This document shows, in pieces, positions 13,501 through 25,616 of a stretch of DNA of 64,000 nt. The notes beneath the pieces were generated by a model that did not search any database, was not told the DNA's origin, and worked only from the letters and a program-made list of their open reading frames with translations. Within the stretch, counting starts at the first letter, position 1. Every line of letters starts with the position of its first letter. Position numbers and translations under genes: made by a program. The DNA comes from Bilabrum cf. latius. Lineage: Eukaryota. Where the stretch lies: contig OZ237764.1 of assembly GCA_965178125.1 (NCBI GenBank), positions 186,001 to 250,000 of the forward strand, given 5' to 3'.

Positions 13501-14970
13501 TTCACCGGTGCATCGTCAGGTCTCGGCCTGTTCATCTCCAGAGGAATCGTGCGGCAGATGGGGGGCGATCTTAGTCTGGAGAGCCAGCCAGGCAAGGGGA
13601 GTGAGTTCCGCCTCAGCGTCCCGATACAGCTGCACGATCGTTCCAGTCCCTAGAGCTAGCAATCGTTCGACTCGTCTTCAGACACAAAGGACAGGGCAGA
13701 AGGACAAGACCACGCGACAGAAGGGTAGAACCGCGCTGCAGATCAAAAGAGATGCGACAACGGATTGCCAGAGGATTGCGGGGATGATTCGATTGCCATG
13801 GTGTACGAGTCGCTGACAGAGGACAAGCAGGAGAATAGCAAGGCGGCGCAGGTCGGTCCGGCGAGGCGCGCGTCCGTCGAGTCATCACGGAGCAGCTGGG
13901 ACAAGGCATGGATTGGCAGTCGCAGCGGGGCAGATGAATCGCTCGGGGGCAGGTCTGGGCTGTCGAGCATCAATGAAGACGGTTCGAGTCACCATCACGC
14001 CATAGAAGGCGAAGAAGCGGCGCACATCTTCCGTCTTAAAGCAGGGGTCTCCCGTGGCTTGGATAGTCCGAACAGCGGCAGCAATTCCCGCGATGCTAGT
14101 AGTAGTGGGGGCACGCCAGGGCACGCTGCGACAGAGGTGTGGGCGCGATCAAAAGGCGTTGTTCCTCCGAGCGCAGCCAGCAAGGGTTCCCTCGGCCGAG
14201 AGAAGCTGGCCAATGCCAAGATTGCCGCGAAGCAGCGGCAGCCGACCGGCCAAGAGAGTGACCCGCCAGAGGCGCGCACTCGGAAGCACAGGCACGTTAC
14301 AAAGAAACGCAAAAAGACGGGGACTTCGAGTGCGACAGCAGGTGCTGTGGGTGCCGGCGCGTCTGTCGCCCCAGCTTCGGGTGCTGTCAGGGATAGCAAC
14401 AGCTCTGGAGCTGCCCTTGGGGCTGGCAGTAGTGATGACGTCGGGGCTCCGGCTCCAAAAGGGGCCACCACTGCAGCGAAGCACGACGCCCCGACGCCCA
14501 TCATGCCTTCCAAAACAACTAGCAGAAGCAATGTGCCTTGCCTCGTGGTGGAAGACGTCCGGGTCAACCGCACGCTGCTGTGCCGAGCGCTCGCCAGGAA
14601 AGGGTTCGAACCCGTCGGCGCGGAGGACGGGCAGCAGGCTCTGGATCTGGCGCCGGCTGTGTTTGGGCCCTTTGAGCGAGAGGGGCAGGGCAGCAGCGGG
14701 GAGGGGCCGCATGAGCTGCTAGGACTGGTAGTGATGGATCGGTCCATGCCGATCATGGGTGGGATCGAGTGCACGAAGCGACTGAGGGACATGTTCGGGG
14801 AGAGGCTCGCTATCATTGGGCTCACGGGGGATGCCATGCAGGAGGACCTAGAGGAGTTCAGGTTAGCCGGGCTGGACGGTGTGATGTCAAAGCCTGCAGG
14901 GGCCAAGCAAATCAAGAAGATGTGGGACAGGTTGAGCAGCGGCGTAGCTGCCCAGCGCAGGCCAGTTTGA
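10543..14970 (+). CDS. Multi-pass membrane hybrid histidine kinase (HisKA, HATPase_c, receiver), ~1414 aa
   Basis: H-box FIRYVFHEARVPL, N-box RLS[TAG]VINNLISNAMKFT, G1 VSDTGCGI, F-box LFQPF[TAG]Q, G2 SSGLGLFISRGIVRQMGG, receiver LVVED...VVMDRSMPIMGG...IIGLTG...SKP. Several hydrophobic N-terminal segments. Introns 11105-11202 (good) and 10725-10809 (tentative, so the start is uncertain). About 15 in-frame TAGs; TGA stop. Confidence 0.9.
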
Positions 14971-15180
14971 AGGGGTTTAGCATGAGACAGCCTAAGACAA
15001 GCTCTGTGTCTGGTTAACGGCCGGGACGTTGAATTTTGGGTGCACTGCATTGTAGTGAGAATCAGGCTAATGCATAAATCATCCACACATGAAAAGTCTA
15101 GAACGGTGTAAGACACTATCGAATTGTCTGAGGGCCCTTCAATCACACGATTCGCACAGTCGAAAACAAGTGGGGGCACG

Positions 15181-16070
15181 TCACGAGTCGGCACCCTCAC
15201 GCCCTTCTTCAGACGGCGGCAGCTCCCCCGAGGCCTCCCTCTGCGTCCTCAGTTTCTCCATGCGCAGCTTCCTCTCCAGTGCCATCCGCTGGGCCCGCGT
15301 CAGTGGCTGTTCAACGGGCTGCGGCGCCCGGATCGACCGCAGGCCTCTCGTGGGATCCATGCGCTTGGTGTTTCCTTTCGCTACCACCACCCGGGTGCGC
15401 CGGCGCAGTGGCAGCCTCCCCGACATGCCCCGCCGGTCCTCAAGCACGGTCATGGAGGCAGAGGCGCGCGCCAGCTGAGAGCCCTTCTTATGACCCGCTC
15501 CTCCTCTACCTCGCCGCCGGCGCCCCTTGCCCGCCTAAACCTGCAGACCAAGGAGGGCGGCACTTGCTGAGCTGCTCAGCGAGTCGGCTGCCAGACTCCG
15601 CCCGCTTGTAGATGCTTCCTCTATGCTGCGGCTGGAAGGGTCCTGACCCCCGGCACCTGATGGCATCTCTAGGTGCTGATGCTGGCCATTGCCACCGAGA
15701 CCGGGCAGCACACCAGATCCCGCTGTGCTAGCACCCTGGAGATCTCCAGCAGACCCCCCCGCTGTGCTCCTGCTCCGCTTAAGTGCCGCTGCCCGCTCCG
15801 CAGGGTCCAGTCCCGCGTCCATCTCCACCTCCAGCTCGCTCTTGAGCCTCCCCCTGAAGGAGCCCTGCCTCTTCATCTCAGCGATGACTTCCTGAGGGTC
15901 GCGCTGGGGGCTTGAGGGAGAGGCAGAGGAAGCGCCCGTGGGCTCGGCGGTGTCCTTGGATCGCCGCGATGTCTTTGACGACCGCGAAGTTTTGCTGGCA
16001 GCAGATCGCTTGCTGCCCTTCGACCCAGCGCTGTCCAGCCGCTGATGCCTGGATCGCATAGGGGAGTGCC

Positions 16071-16117
<47 letters not shown>

Positions 16118-18923
16118 CGCATGGTGGGTGTGACTGCCCTGTCTACGACATCGGGCGACTTCGATCTCCTGGCCACACCCTCAAGAAACCCGCCCGCCGA
16201 ACTGACACGAAGTCGCATGGCATGGCCGACAGAGTGTAGCGAACGTTCGCCAAGTTCAGAGGGCTCGTCCATCTCGCTGTCCACCGCGGCATCCCCAAGC
16301 CCATCGGGCCGCCTGCCACGCATCGACAGCTGGTGCTCGAACCACCGAGGGCCCAGTCGATTCCTCTCTGCCGCATCGCGCGGGGTGTCCAGGCGACCCT
16401 CCGCCGCCCGTCGCAGTCCCATGGCAGAGATCGTCTCCCGGGCTCGCACCGATGCGTGCTGGCCCACCTTTGACCCCACCGTGGGGCCTGGGGTCCCCCG
16501 CCTGCCCATGGGACTCTTCGCGCCATAGCCCGACCGCTGCGCCCGCGTTGGTGTCGCCACTGGCGAGGGTCCATCGGTGCTGCTGGGGCCTCCCAGTCTC
16601 CCGACCTCACCGCCTGGATCTGCGATGCTGCCCTGGGGACTGGGTTCCATGCTGCCCTCTCGTGACATCTTGATCACCTTCGAGAGCACGCTCCGTATGG
16701 AGGCTCGCCTGGATGCTTTCTTCGCGGCACTATCAGTGCCTGCTCCTGCACCCCCAGTGTCGATGCTAAGCTTCTTCTTGCTCTCTAGCAACCGGTCGGC
16801 CATCGCTGCAGTGGCCGCCGCCGCTTTGTGCCTCTCTCGCTGCAGCACCTCCGCGCCGCTCCTGACGCTCTGCAGTGCCTGGAGTGTGCCACCCACACCC
16901 ACCCGCCGGCCCTTGGTCCTTCCCTCCCTCTCCATCTGCTTGAGCTCTCTTCGTGTGCGCTGCACCACCGCGCGAATGCCCGGGGCCGTTCCCCCCTCGC
17001 TCCTACCCGGAACAATGGTCGAGGCTGCCCTGAACCTGGACTGTGCCAGCGCGTCAAAGGTCGGGGCCAGCACGTTGTGAGTCTCCGTCGTGCTGCTCTG
17101 GGGCATGCCAGAGGCGAACGCCTTCATCTAAAGCAGGGGAAGGAACTCGTCCGTCTCGAGGAAATTGCGGGCTTCGGCCCGGGTGATGGCCAGCCCGCTG
17201 GCACCCACCTTCCCCGCGGGCCCTCTGGGGTTGCCCTCAAGCAGCCGCTCCCAGCCGCCTGTAACGGCCAGGTCCTCAACACCCAGCAGCGACTCACCCA
17301 GGTGCGTGGTAATGTCCATGCGAGCCCCGCTGCCGGAGCCATCACGGTCCAGTGCGTAGCTCTTTGCCGCTCTCCTCGCGGCAGCCTTGGATTCAGAGCC
17401 GTTTGAGCTGCTCTTCTTGCCCTCTCCACCACCGCTGGCCTCGGGCACGCCCCTGCCTTTGACCAGTGCATCCGAGTCCAGAGCGCCCGATACCCTCTTC
17501 CCGCGAGCGTATTCCTCTGCAATGTCTGCCATCGTGCTCGAAGCCACCACGGTGCTCTAATCCTCCAGCAGTGCCGCCTCCTCCCCCGGCCCGCTGTGCG
17601 CCCCCTTCATCTTGCGCCGAATCGCACCCACTGCCCTCTTCCGGCGTGGCCCAGCGATGGGCGGCAGGGCACGAAACACGCTGCGTGTCAGGTCGTATAC
17701 ATTGCTGGGGTCGGGCACGGGCGGAAGCGTCGCCATGAGGTCCTCCTCCTGTTCCTTGAGCTCTTCCTGGGGGACAGGCTGCAGATCATCCTCCTCGTCC
17801 TCTACTTCGTATGCATCTTGACCCTGTCCTCCCCCCCTGCTTGGCATCGTGGCCCTGCCCTCTGCCTGGGTCAGCCCCAGCGGGTCATCCGGCTCCAGTC
17901 CAACGTGACCCGGGGTGGGCTGTCCCTGGGGGCTCCAGAACATGGGCGTCACCCCAACGGGCGGGGTCCCGCTGGTGCCGCTGTCCATGCCCTTGCCTCT
18001 CGCGCCGCCAGCCAGGAGCTGCGGTGGATGAAACGTTCGCGCGGTTCGTTCAAGCTCCTCGAGCTCTGCTTCTCCTTCTCCTTCTAGATCGGAGGCACCC
18101 GGCGTGTCGCGGCCATCGCCGCCATCGTCCCCACTACTGTTATCGCTGTCCGAATTCACGGAACCTGTCCCCCGGTTGACCCCTTCGATGCCCCCTTCCA
18201 TCGACTGTATCACCGACAGGTTGCGCGCCCGGCCGACCATGTCTAATGGAAGGCTACCTCGCCTGCCCTGGCGTCTCTGCACCCGGGCACGTCCCCCTGC
18301 TCCCAATCCAGTGCCGGTACCAGCCACCCCGCCTAGCCTCTGCTCCAACTGCACAGCAGCCTACCGCTATAAGCGATTGGGCCGGAACCTAGACCTGTCG
18401 TCGGGACCAACGAGACCCAGGACCCCGCTCGTACTGGCACCGAGTTCACCCGCCCTCCATGGCGACCCCATCCATCGCTTTTGTTCGGCAGCAGCTGACC
18501 CCCCACCAGGGGACGATGCCGCCGACCGCGACAGCACCGCGACGCCCGCGACCGCCCCTGCCTCCGACATCGTCCGCACGTCCCCGCGGCTCAGCACTCC
18601 CGCACCTGTGCCCGCATCCGACCCAAGAATTGACCCCGGCCCGTCCGTAGATGGCCTCCACTGCTGGTCCGACTCGAGAACCTCGCCGCCCGGGTCCTCG
18701 GGCTTCCTCGGCAGGTGCGACCCGATCACGCGCCGGAGCTCCGGCGGCAGCGAAGACATCATTGCCGATGCCTCGTCCACTATTCCCAGCTCCTGCGCCC
18801 ACAGCCGCCCCTGCAGGCGGTCAAATCTATCGAGTCGATCCGAGTTGAGCCATCGAGGCTGGGAGCGCCGGTCCGGATCGATCGTTCGCTGGAACTTTGA
18901 CCGGCCCTGCCTGCCCAACGGCA

Positions 18924-18954
<31 letters not shown>

Positions 18955-20373
18955 GCCCGCTCCAGCGCCTGCAGCAGCCCCCGTGCCTGTGCCCGCCCGC
19001 CCCGTAAAACCAGCCGTAGACCCCCTCCTTCCCGTCACCACGCCGCCCAGCAGCTCGGCCATGTCCTTCTCCGCGGGTTCCTGCGCCAGACGAGCCGCCA
19101 TGGCCGTCTGCAGCGCCTGCACCACGGCCGACGCGCGGCGCGTGGCAGTGGCCGCCTGCTGCAGGCGCGCGTCCTCTGCCTCCTTTCTGGCCATCCTCTC
19201 CCTGGCCCTGTCCCTCAGCTTGTCCAGGAAATGCTCCGCTGCGGCGTGCGCGCGCCGCGTCCGACTCATCTTGATGCTGTGCAGCCCGCTGGCCTGCAGC
19301 CGCCTAGCCCCCTCCGCTGTGATTCCCTCCCACTTCGTGTCGGAAAACACCTCGTCCAGCGCTGCTTCCAGAGCCGCCCTCCGCTCGGGCCCGCCCAGCG
19401 CCGCCACAAAGGCACGCTCGTCCGCGATCTCGCCGAGCACATCCCTTCGCGCCCGCTGCACGCTCACCGCACCGTGCGCTGACCTCGAACTCACGTCCAC
19501 GATGGACCGCAGCCGGGCGGCGTTGGCCCGCGGCCCGAACACCCCGCTCTTCTCCATCCTGCGGCGAGTCCTCCTCAGCTGCCGCACGAACCGCCGCGCC
19601 CTGCCGAGCAGCTTCTCCGCCACGCGGTCCCTATACTTGGAACGGTCGGCCTCGGTGAGCATGCGCAGGGCGGCGAGCTCGGGTGCTCCCAGCCCGTGCG
19701 TGCTGAACAGATTCGTGCGCCTCAGTTCGTCCAGGATGCGCCTGTAGGCCGAGTCCTCCTTCAGCGGCTTGCGAGCTTTCTTCGTCTTCTGGGCAGTCGC
19801 GTCGCCCGCAACACCTTTGCCCGTGCTGCCTGCGGCAGGGGGATCGCCACCTTTAACAGCTCGATCCAACTCGGTTCCAGCTGCTACTGTTGCGTTGTTG
19901 AACGCCGTGCTTTTCATTTCCCGAATGTGCCTGAGGCGAGCAGCGTGTTTCTCCTCCGCCCGACGGATAGAGTCGTTGATCCCGCCAGCCTTCTTGCGCG
20001 CTTCCTCTTCCATCGCCTTGGTAAACTCATTGCCACGACCAGTCCGCTTGTCTCGCACCGCTTTGCTGTGCTTGTCTAAGCGGCTCACCAGGCCTGCAGG
20101 AAGCTCACTAGTGTCCATCGAGGGGATGTCGGTGGGCGGCTGGCTTTGCCACTCCATGATGCAATCGAACGGGTCCTTGCCCTCAACTGCAGCCCGCATC
20201 AGCCTAGATACGAGACGCCCGTACCGCTTTGACATGCTCTAAACTCTTTGGACTGCAACTGGCCTCCTCATCTTCATGAGCCCTTCGGGATCCTCTGGCA
20301 CATCCGGAACCAGCCCTTCGTACTTGGTCCCTGCCAGAGCAAGTGTGATATCCCTCGCGGGCTTCCTGGCCAT
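15181..20373 (-). CDS. Large hypothetical protein with helical/coiled-coil and low-complexity regions, ~1730 aa
   Basis: ORFs 18367-20235, 17557-18354, 17128-17550, 15535-17127 and 15181-15453 share a frame and join through 6 TAGs. ATG 20373 (MARKPARDIT), TGA 15181-15183. Confidence 0.75.
16072..16116. repeat. (CCTGTG)n hexamer microsatellite encoding a Gly-Thr run on the minus strand
   Basis: About 7 tandem copies visible; translated as GTGTGTGTGTGTGTG in the 15181-20373 protein. Confidence 0.85.
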
Positions 20374-20482
20374 ATTGGCCTCACCCACAATGCGAGAACT
20401 GGACTGGTTGTACCTGTCCGTTTGCTAGAGTATTTTGGCTCCGCATTACTCAATAAAAACTTCGCATTTTGGCACTACAAGC

Positions 20483-23400
20483 ATGACATCTGCGTCGAAT
20501 CCAAAGTCAATACTCGAGGAAATACAAGAAAAGATTGTGGATGAGGCCTCTGCCACGGCCCCACTCACTTCAGGCGCCTTACGCGTACTTGACGGTTAGT
20601 TGCTTGCAGCGCATGCACCGCCGCATTCGCTACTTGGCTCCCAAACGTTCCTACGCTCAGCAATCCATTCTTGGAGCGCGCAGTATTTGTACCAACAACA
20701 AATGAACTGGATGTGGAAATCGAGCTGGAGAGATCCGAGCAGGTGGCCGCAGAACGAGAAATCCTGGAACTTGAAGAGGCTGCGCGGTCGTCGTGGCTGA
20801 TGTGGACTTGGCTGCAGATCCGTAGAGCCGCATTGCTCGTACTCTCTGCTCCGCGCTCGTTCCTTTTTCTCGTTACTCTGGGTGTTCTGACTGCCGTAGG
20901 AGGGTGAGCCGCGCCGCTGTGCAACTGCTGCATCAGGGACACGGCCGACGAAGCAAGGCCTCCGTACCTTGAAAACCATTCCATTCGCAGGTTTTTGATC
21001 GATCTCGCTACTTTCTGGCTTTAGGGGACGCGGCATTCCATCTCTGAGGGGTGGGGGGCCCAGGCCTACTTCGGCTGGACATTGTGGTGCGTGATTTTCT
21101 CGCTGCTGGCCACGGCTGCCACGGACTTTCTAGACCCCAGGGCGGAGGGCTCGGGCATTCCGCAGCTCAAGAGCATACTGGCGGGAACGGACCTGTCGGG
21201 GCACTTATCCATCCGGGCCGCTGCTGTCAAGGCGGTGGGCCTGGTGCTCGCCATGGGAGGCGGGCTGGCCGTGGGGAAGGAAGGGCCCTTCTCTGCCCTG
21301 GCTGCGGCAGCAGCACATGCGCTGGCCCAGGTGCCATTTTGCGGGGAGGGGCGGGGAAACGAGGCGGGGATGCGGCAGATGCTGGCCGCGGCTGTGGCCG
21401 CCGGTGTGACTGCCGTGCTCGGCGCGCCAGTGGGCGGAGTGCTCTTTAGCATCGAGGTGACTTCCACGTACTACCAGGTGAGCAGCCTGTGGCGGGGTTT
21501 TCTGTGCGCGCTTGCCTGCGTGTTTACCTTCGAAGTTCTGAATGCTCTGCGGAGAGATGAGCTGTTCTACGCGACGGAGTTCCTGGCCGCGGATGTCGGG
21601 TGGGACATCGTGGCCTTTGCTGGCCTAGCGATCGTGTGCGGCGTGCTGGCATCGCTGCTGGTGCTGCTTACGGCCCGCCTGCAGGTGGCTCGGCGGGTGC
21701 TTCTGCAGCGTTTCGGGCGGGCAGGCAGGTACTCGCTGGTGGGATTTGCTTCCTTCGTCGTCGCCACCGCGCTGTTCTTGACTCCCAGCCTCAGGAAGTC
21801 CGACCAGCAGGCCATCAACGACCTCTTCCAGGAGAATCAGGTGGGTGCGGATGCAGGGGGTGGTCAAAGCGGCGGCGGATCGGGGAGTGGTGGTCAATCG
21901 TGGGAGTCGCTGCAGGACCTTGGATGGAACACCGGTGGGTCTGCCATCCTGTCGCTGGCCCTGTACCTCACCGTCAGGCTGGTTGTGGTACCCATCAGCA
22001 TATCTCTGCCGCTGCCCTGCGGGCTGTTCACCCCCATGTTTGCCCTGGGCGCGGGGCTCGGGCGCTTCTTCGGCGAGCTCCTTGCGGTGGCGCTGCCTGG
22101 TGCAGGGGTGGTCCCTGGCGCATACGCAGTGGTGGGTGCCGCCAGCCTGTCAGCGGGCGTGACCCACACGCTGTCCACGGCCGTGATCATCTTCGAGCTC
22201 ACGGGCCAGATCAGGCACCTCGTCCCCGTGCTCCTCGGGGTCGTGCTTGCGTACACCATCTCGGCCTCCCTGCAGCCGTCCGTATACGACGTGCTGCTGG
22301 CCGTGAACGGCCTGCCGCACATCGGCAGGGCACATCGCCTGCAGCTCTACTCCCTTGTGGCCCGCGACATCCTGCACCACAGGGTGCCCTACCTCACCCC
22401 CGAGTCCTCCTTCGTGGAGGCCCTGGCATGCCTCAGGGCGATGCCGCCCAGGGGCAAGGACACGCAGCCCATCTTCGAGTTCCCCGTGCTGGACTCGGCT
22501 GGGTCTGCCCGGCTCCTGGGAACCGTAACCCGCTCCTCGCTGCAGGCCGTGTTCGACAGGCGTGCCGTGCCGGATGCGCTGCTGAAGAAAGTGGACGATT
22601 GGCTCCAGCTCTCTGACGGAGGTGGGGTGCAAGGAGAAGGTTAGGGCGCACGCGGGGTTCTGGGGACGGGCGTACAGGGCACCGCGGCAGTCGAGCTCAG
22701 CAGCATGGACAGCACCGTCCACCGTGGGGAGGATGGCCCCACCCCCACTGAAGGTCAGGAAAGCAGCTCGCGCGGGAGATCCAGGTCCGGCTCTGGGCAA
22801 GGGCAAGGCGATGCAGCAGGCTCTGGAACCGCCGGTTCACCAGTCGGGCCCATGTCCGTTGACCCCGTAGATGATGGACGCATCCATACTGGTCTGTTTC
22901 CAGTGTGGATGCTGCAGCGCATTCGGTTCACCGGCGGTGTGCAGCCCGTCCTGCTGGGAGATGCCTCCACCGCGGGCATGCGAAGGCGGCGGGGGTCGGG
23001 AGCAGATGCTGGGACGGGCCTATCAGTCTAGAGCGGGCTACCCCTGGCTCGAGGAAGCAGCCCGGCCGCTGGCGGGAGCCTGGGGAGCCCGCTCGGCTCG
23101 GGTCGAGGTGCCTTCTCGCGTGGGGGTCAAGGAGGAGGGGCTGACTCGCTGGACGAGGCAGAGGAGGGGCTGCTGGGCGATGGTTCCGAGGCCAGAGCGG
23201 GCTCACCTCTGCCGATGGGTGACCTCCTGCGGTCTCCTGCTAGGATAGGGACCCCCCAGGGTCATGGCATGGAAGAGAGTGCAGCTTCGAGGGCGGGCCA
23301 GTCCTCCGCAGGCTCGGGCTCCGGCTCGGCTGGTACGCCTAGGAGGAGACAGACGGGCGTATTCCTTGGGGGCAGCCCCCTTGTGCAGCAGCAGCAGGGG

Positions 23401-23769
23401 GAGGGGTAGAGGTAGGCAGGAGGGGGCCAGGGGCGGGGCCCTGCCCCTGCTGCTTCCCAATTGGGAGGAGGCGCTGCAGCCACTTCCCCTGCCACTGCCA
23501 CGACCGCGCTGCACTGGCCCGAGGCAGTGGAGCCTGGGACTCTCAGCGAGGCGGACCAGATGCCAGCGGTGCACATTGACAGGGCACCGCTTACCGTGCA
23601 GGAGCTGACGCCGCTGACGAAGCTGCATTTCCTGTTTGCGACGTGCCTATTCGCGCAGTTGTTTGTGGTGCGTGGTGACAGAGTGCTAGGTGCGGTGCTC
23701 AAGGAGGACATGGGAGATACCAAGCGGCTGGAGCAAGGCAGGATCAGGGCAGTGCAAGGCAGGCGGTGA
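20483..23769 (+). CDS. CLC chloride channel/transporter with two CBS domains, ~1036 aa
   Basis: GSGIP, GKEGP, GGVLFSIEVT, GLFTP and PSVYD signatures; CBS1 ~22360-22560, CBS2 ~23570-23715. Introns 20595-20683 and 20904-20990 restore the frame. 5 in-frame TAGs, four of them between CBS1 and CBS2; TGA stop. Confidence 0.93.
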
Positions 23770-23923
23770 TTGATCCGAGTGGAGTAGACTAGGCCACAGT
23801 TGCTGCAGCAGGCTACCACTAGTATAGTGTCAATGGGTGCAATGATTCTGAACACGTCCAGATACTTCGATCATTTTCATAACTACCACATGCAGACAAC
23901 ATCAAGCAGGTCCGAAAACACGC

Positions 23924-25426
23924 TCATCCTACCACTGACTCGCCAGCCCCAGCGATGCCGCTTGGATCCTACCCTGACCCATCCCCGACTGAAGCAACCT
24001 ACCCAGCCGCCTCTGCTGAATCTTCCACAGTCCGTTCCACGCCGGCTGCAGCTGCCTAATTTTGCTCGCCTGCATCATCCCCCTTCCTATCAGATGCACC
24101 CTCCCGGCCATCGTCCTCATAGTCTCCCTTGGCAGACACCAGGAACAGCTGGTGTATCTTGTGCGAGCGCATCCCCCTGGCTACCTGGTAGAAGGATACC
24201 CAGTGCTTGGGCGCCTGCCCCCTGATCGCGAGCAGGACTTCTCTCCTTGGTAGGTCCACTCCCGGTGCCATGTCCATCCGAACGTCTTCACCCGGCTGCA
24301 GCTCGTTCCATTGCCTCAGCATGGCGGCCTTGGCCTTGTCTGACGGCAGGGCAGTGTCTCTCTCAAGCTTTCTCAGGGGCTTATCAACCGCAACGGTAGC
24401 AGGCCTGCCTGAGACCGATGGGCGCAAGTGCTCGTTCTGCTTGTCGCCCCTCCCCCCATCATTGCTCGCGGCTTCGCTTGCAACCAACAGGGGAGCACTG
24501 GACTCCGCTGCACTAGCACCGCTTGCACCATCATCCCTGCCTGCGAGCAATCGATGCGCCCCAGCACCAGCGATGCCCGCCCCTCCAGCCCCGCCCCCTG
24601 CTGCCCCTCCCTTGCTCCCAGCGGGGCCCCCAGCATCGCCCTCATCTCCGCTGTCCCCCCCAGCATCCCGGCCCGACCCTGCGCTCGCTACTGACAAGGC
24701 TGCTGAGCTGTACCCCGAGGCTTCGCTGGCAACTGAATCAGAGCGACTGCGAGACGATTCCAGGCTTCGGGACTTTCGCGGGGGGTAAGCCACTGCTTCA
24801 GGGACGGGCTGCGGTGGCCGACCGTGCGCATCGAGGGCGTGCTCGCCCTGCCGAAAGCCAAATACTCTCACGTAGTGGTTCCTAATGTGGGCCAGTACGC
24901 GGTTTCCAGCACGTAAAGCCCGAGTCAGTCGAGTCCATAGCGTGTCACAATATTCCAGTGGGTTCTTCGCGAACTGGGCGTCTAAAACTCTGCAGCTCAA
25001 TCGAATCTTGGCTTCTGGCATCGCAAACAAGCCTAGAGCTCGCTTGAAGAGGGGGTTACCAACTTTTCCAGAGGACGCATCTATACCAGGTACTTTGAGT
25101 CGTCTATATACATCAATTACAGCTTCTTGCGTGATCAACTCGGTCGCCTCTCCAGCATCTAGACCACGGCTGACAGCGACGCTGAGTGCAACCGAAGCTA
25201 TCGCCGCAGCTGCGCATTTTGGACCACGCTGCTTAGCGGATAGCCTGTCTTGTACAAATACCTCAGAGACATTACCAGCAGTCACTTCGATGTGACTCGA
25301 ATCCATCTGGAAGACGCGAAGTCGGCAAGTCTTGCAAGCATGCATGCGACGCTTGCGGCGAGGTGCCGGCACTTTTGCGTCGCTATGCGCTCCTTGAGTT
25401 TCACGACGCCATGGTGGAGGTTCCAT
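23924..25426 (-). CDS. BIVM-like / peptidase C39-like (papain-fold) protein, ~500 aa
   Basis: KQRGPKCAAAAIAS (Q...C), LITQEAVI, KVGNPLF, LAHIRNHYVRVFGF (His), LLAIRGQAPKHWVSF. C-terminus extends through 3 TAGs to TGA 23924-23926. Start is ATG 25426 or 25558. Confidence 0.55.
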
Positions 25427-25616
25427 AGTGCCCAAAAACCTCCAGAATGAGGTCTGATATCCACTTGTCAACGTGCCGCAAACAAATACAGAATGAAACT
25501 GTAGCGAGCACATATGCGACCACACTGGATCCACGGCAACTCGAGACCGTTCGGCCATTGGAGGTGCAGCTGTTCCAAGTCTCTTCGGCGATTCTAGTAC
25601 CTGCGACTGCGAAGGT

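Noticed and set aside
10543-14970. Prokaryotic or phage origin of the contig (histidine kinase, table-15-like code)
   Set aside because: Spliceosomal GT-AG introns and eukaryote-specific genes (BTAF1, PPEF, CAP-Gly, GPCR, Sec12-like) show a nuclear genome.
18104-19747. 547-aa plus ORF and similar long antisense ORFs (13995-15200, 27260-28687, 31098-32153)
   Set aside because: GC-rich antisense shadows of better-supported genes on the opposite strand.
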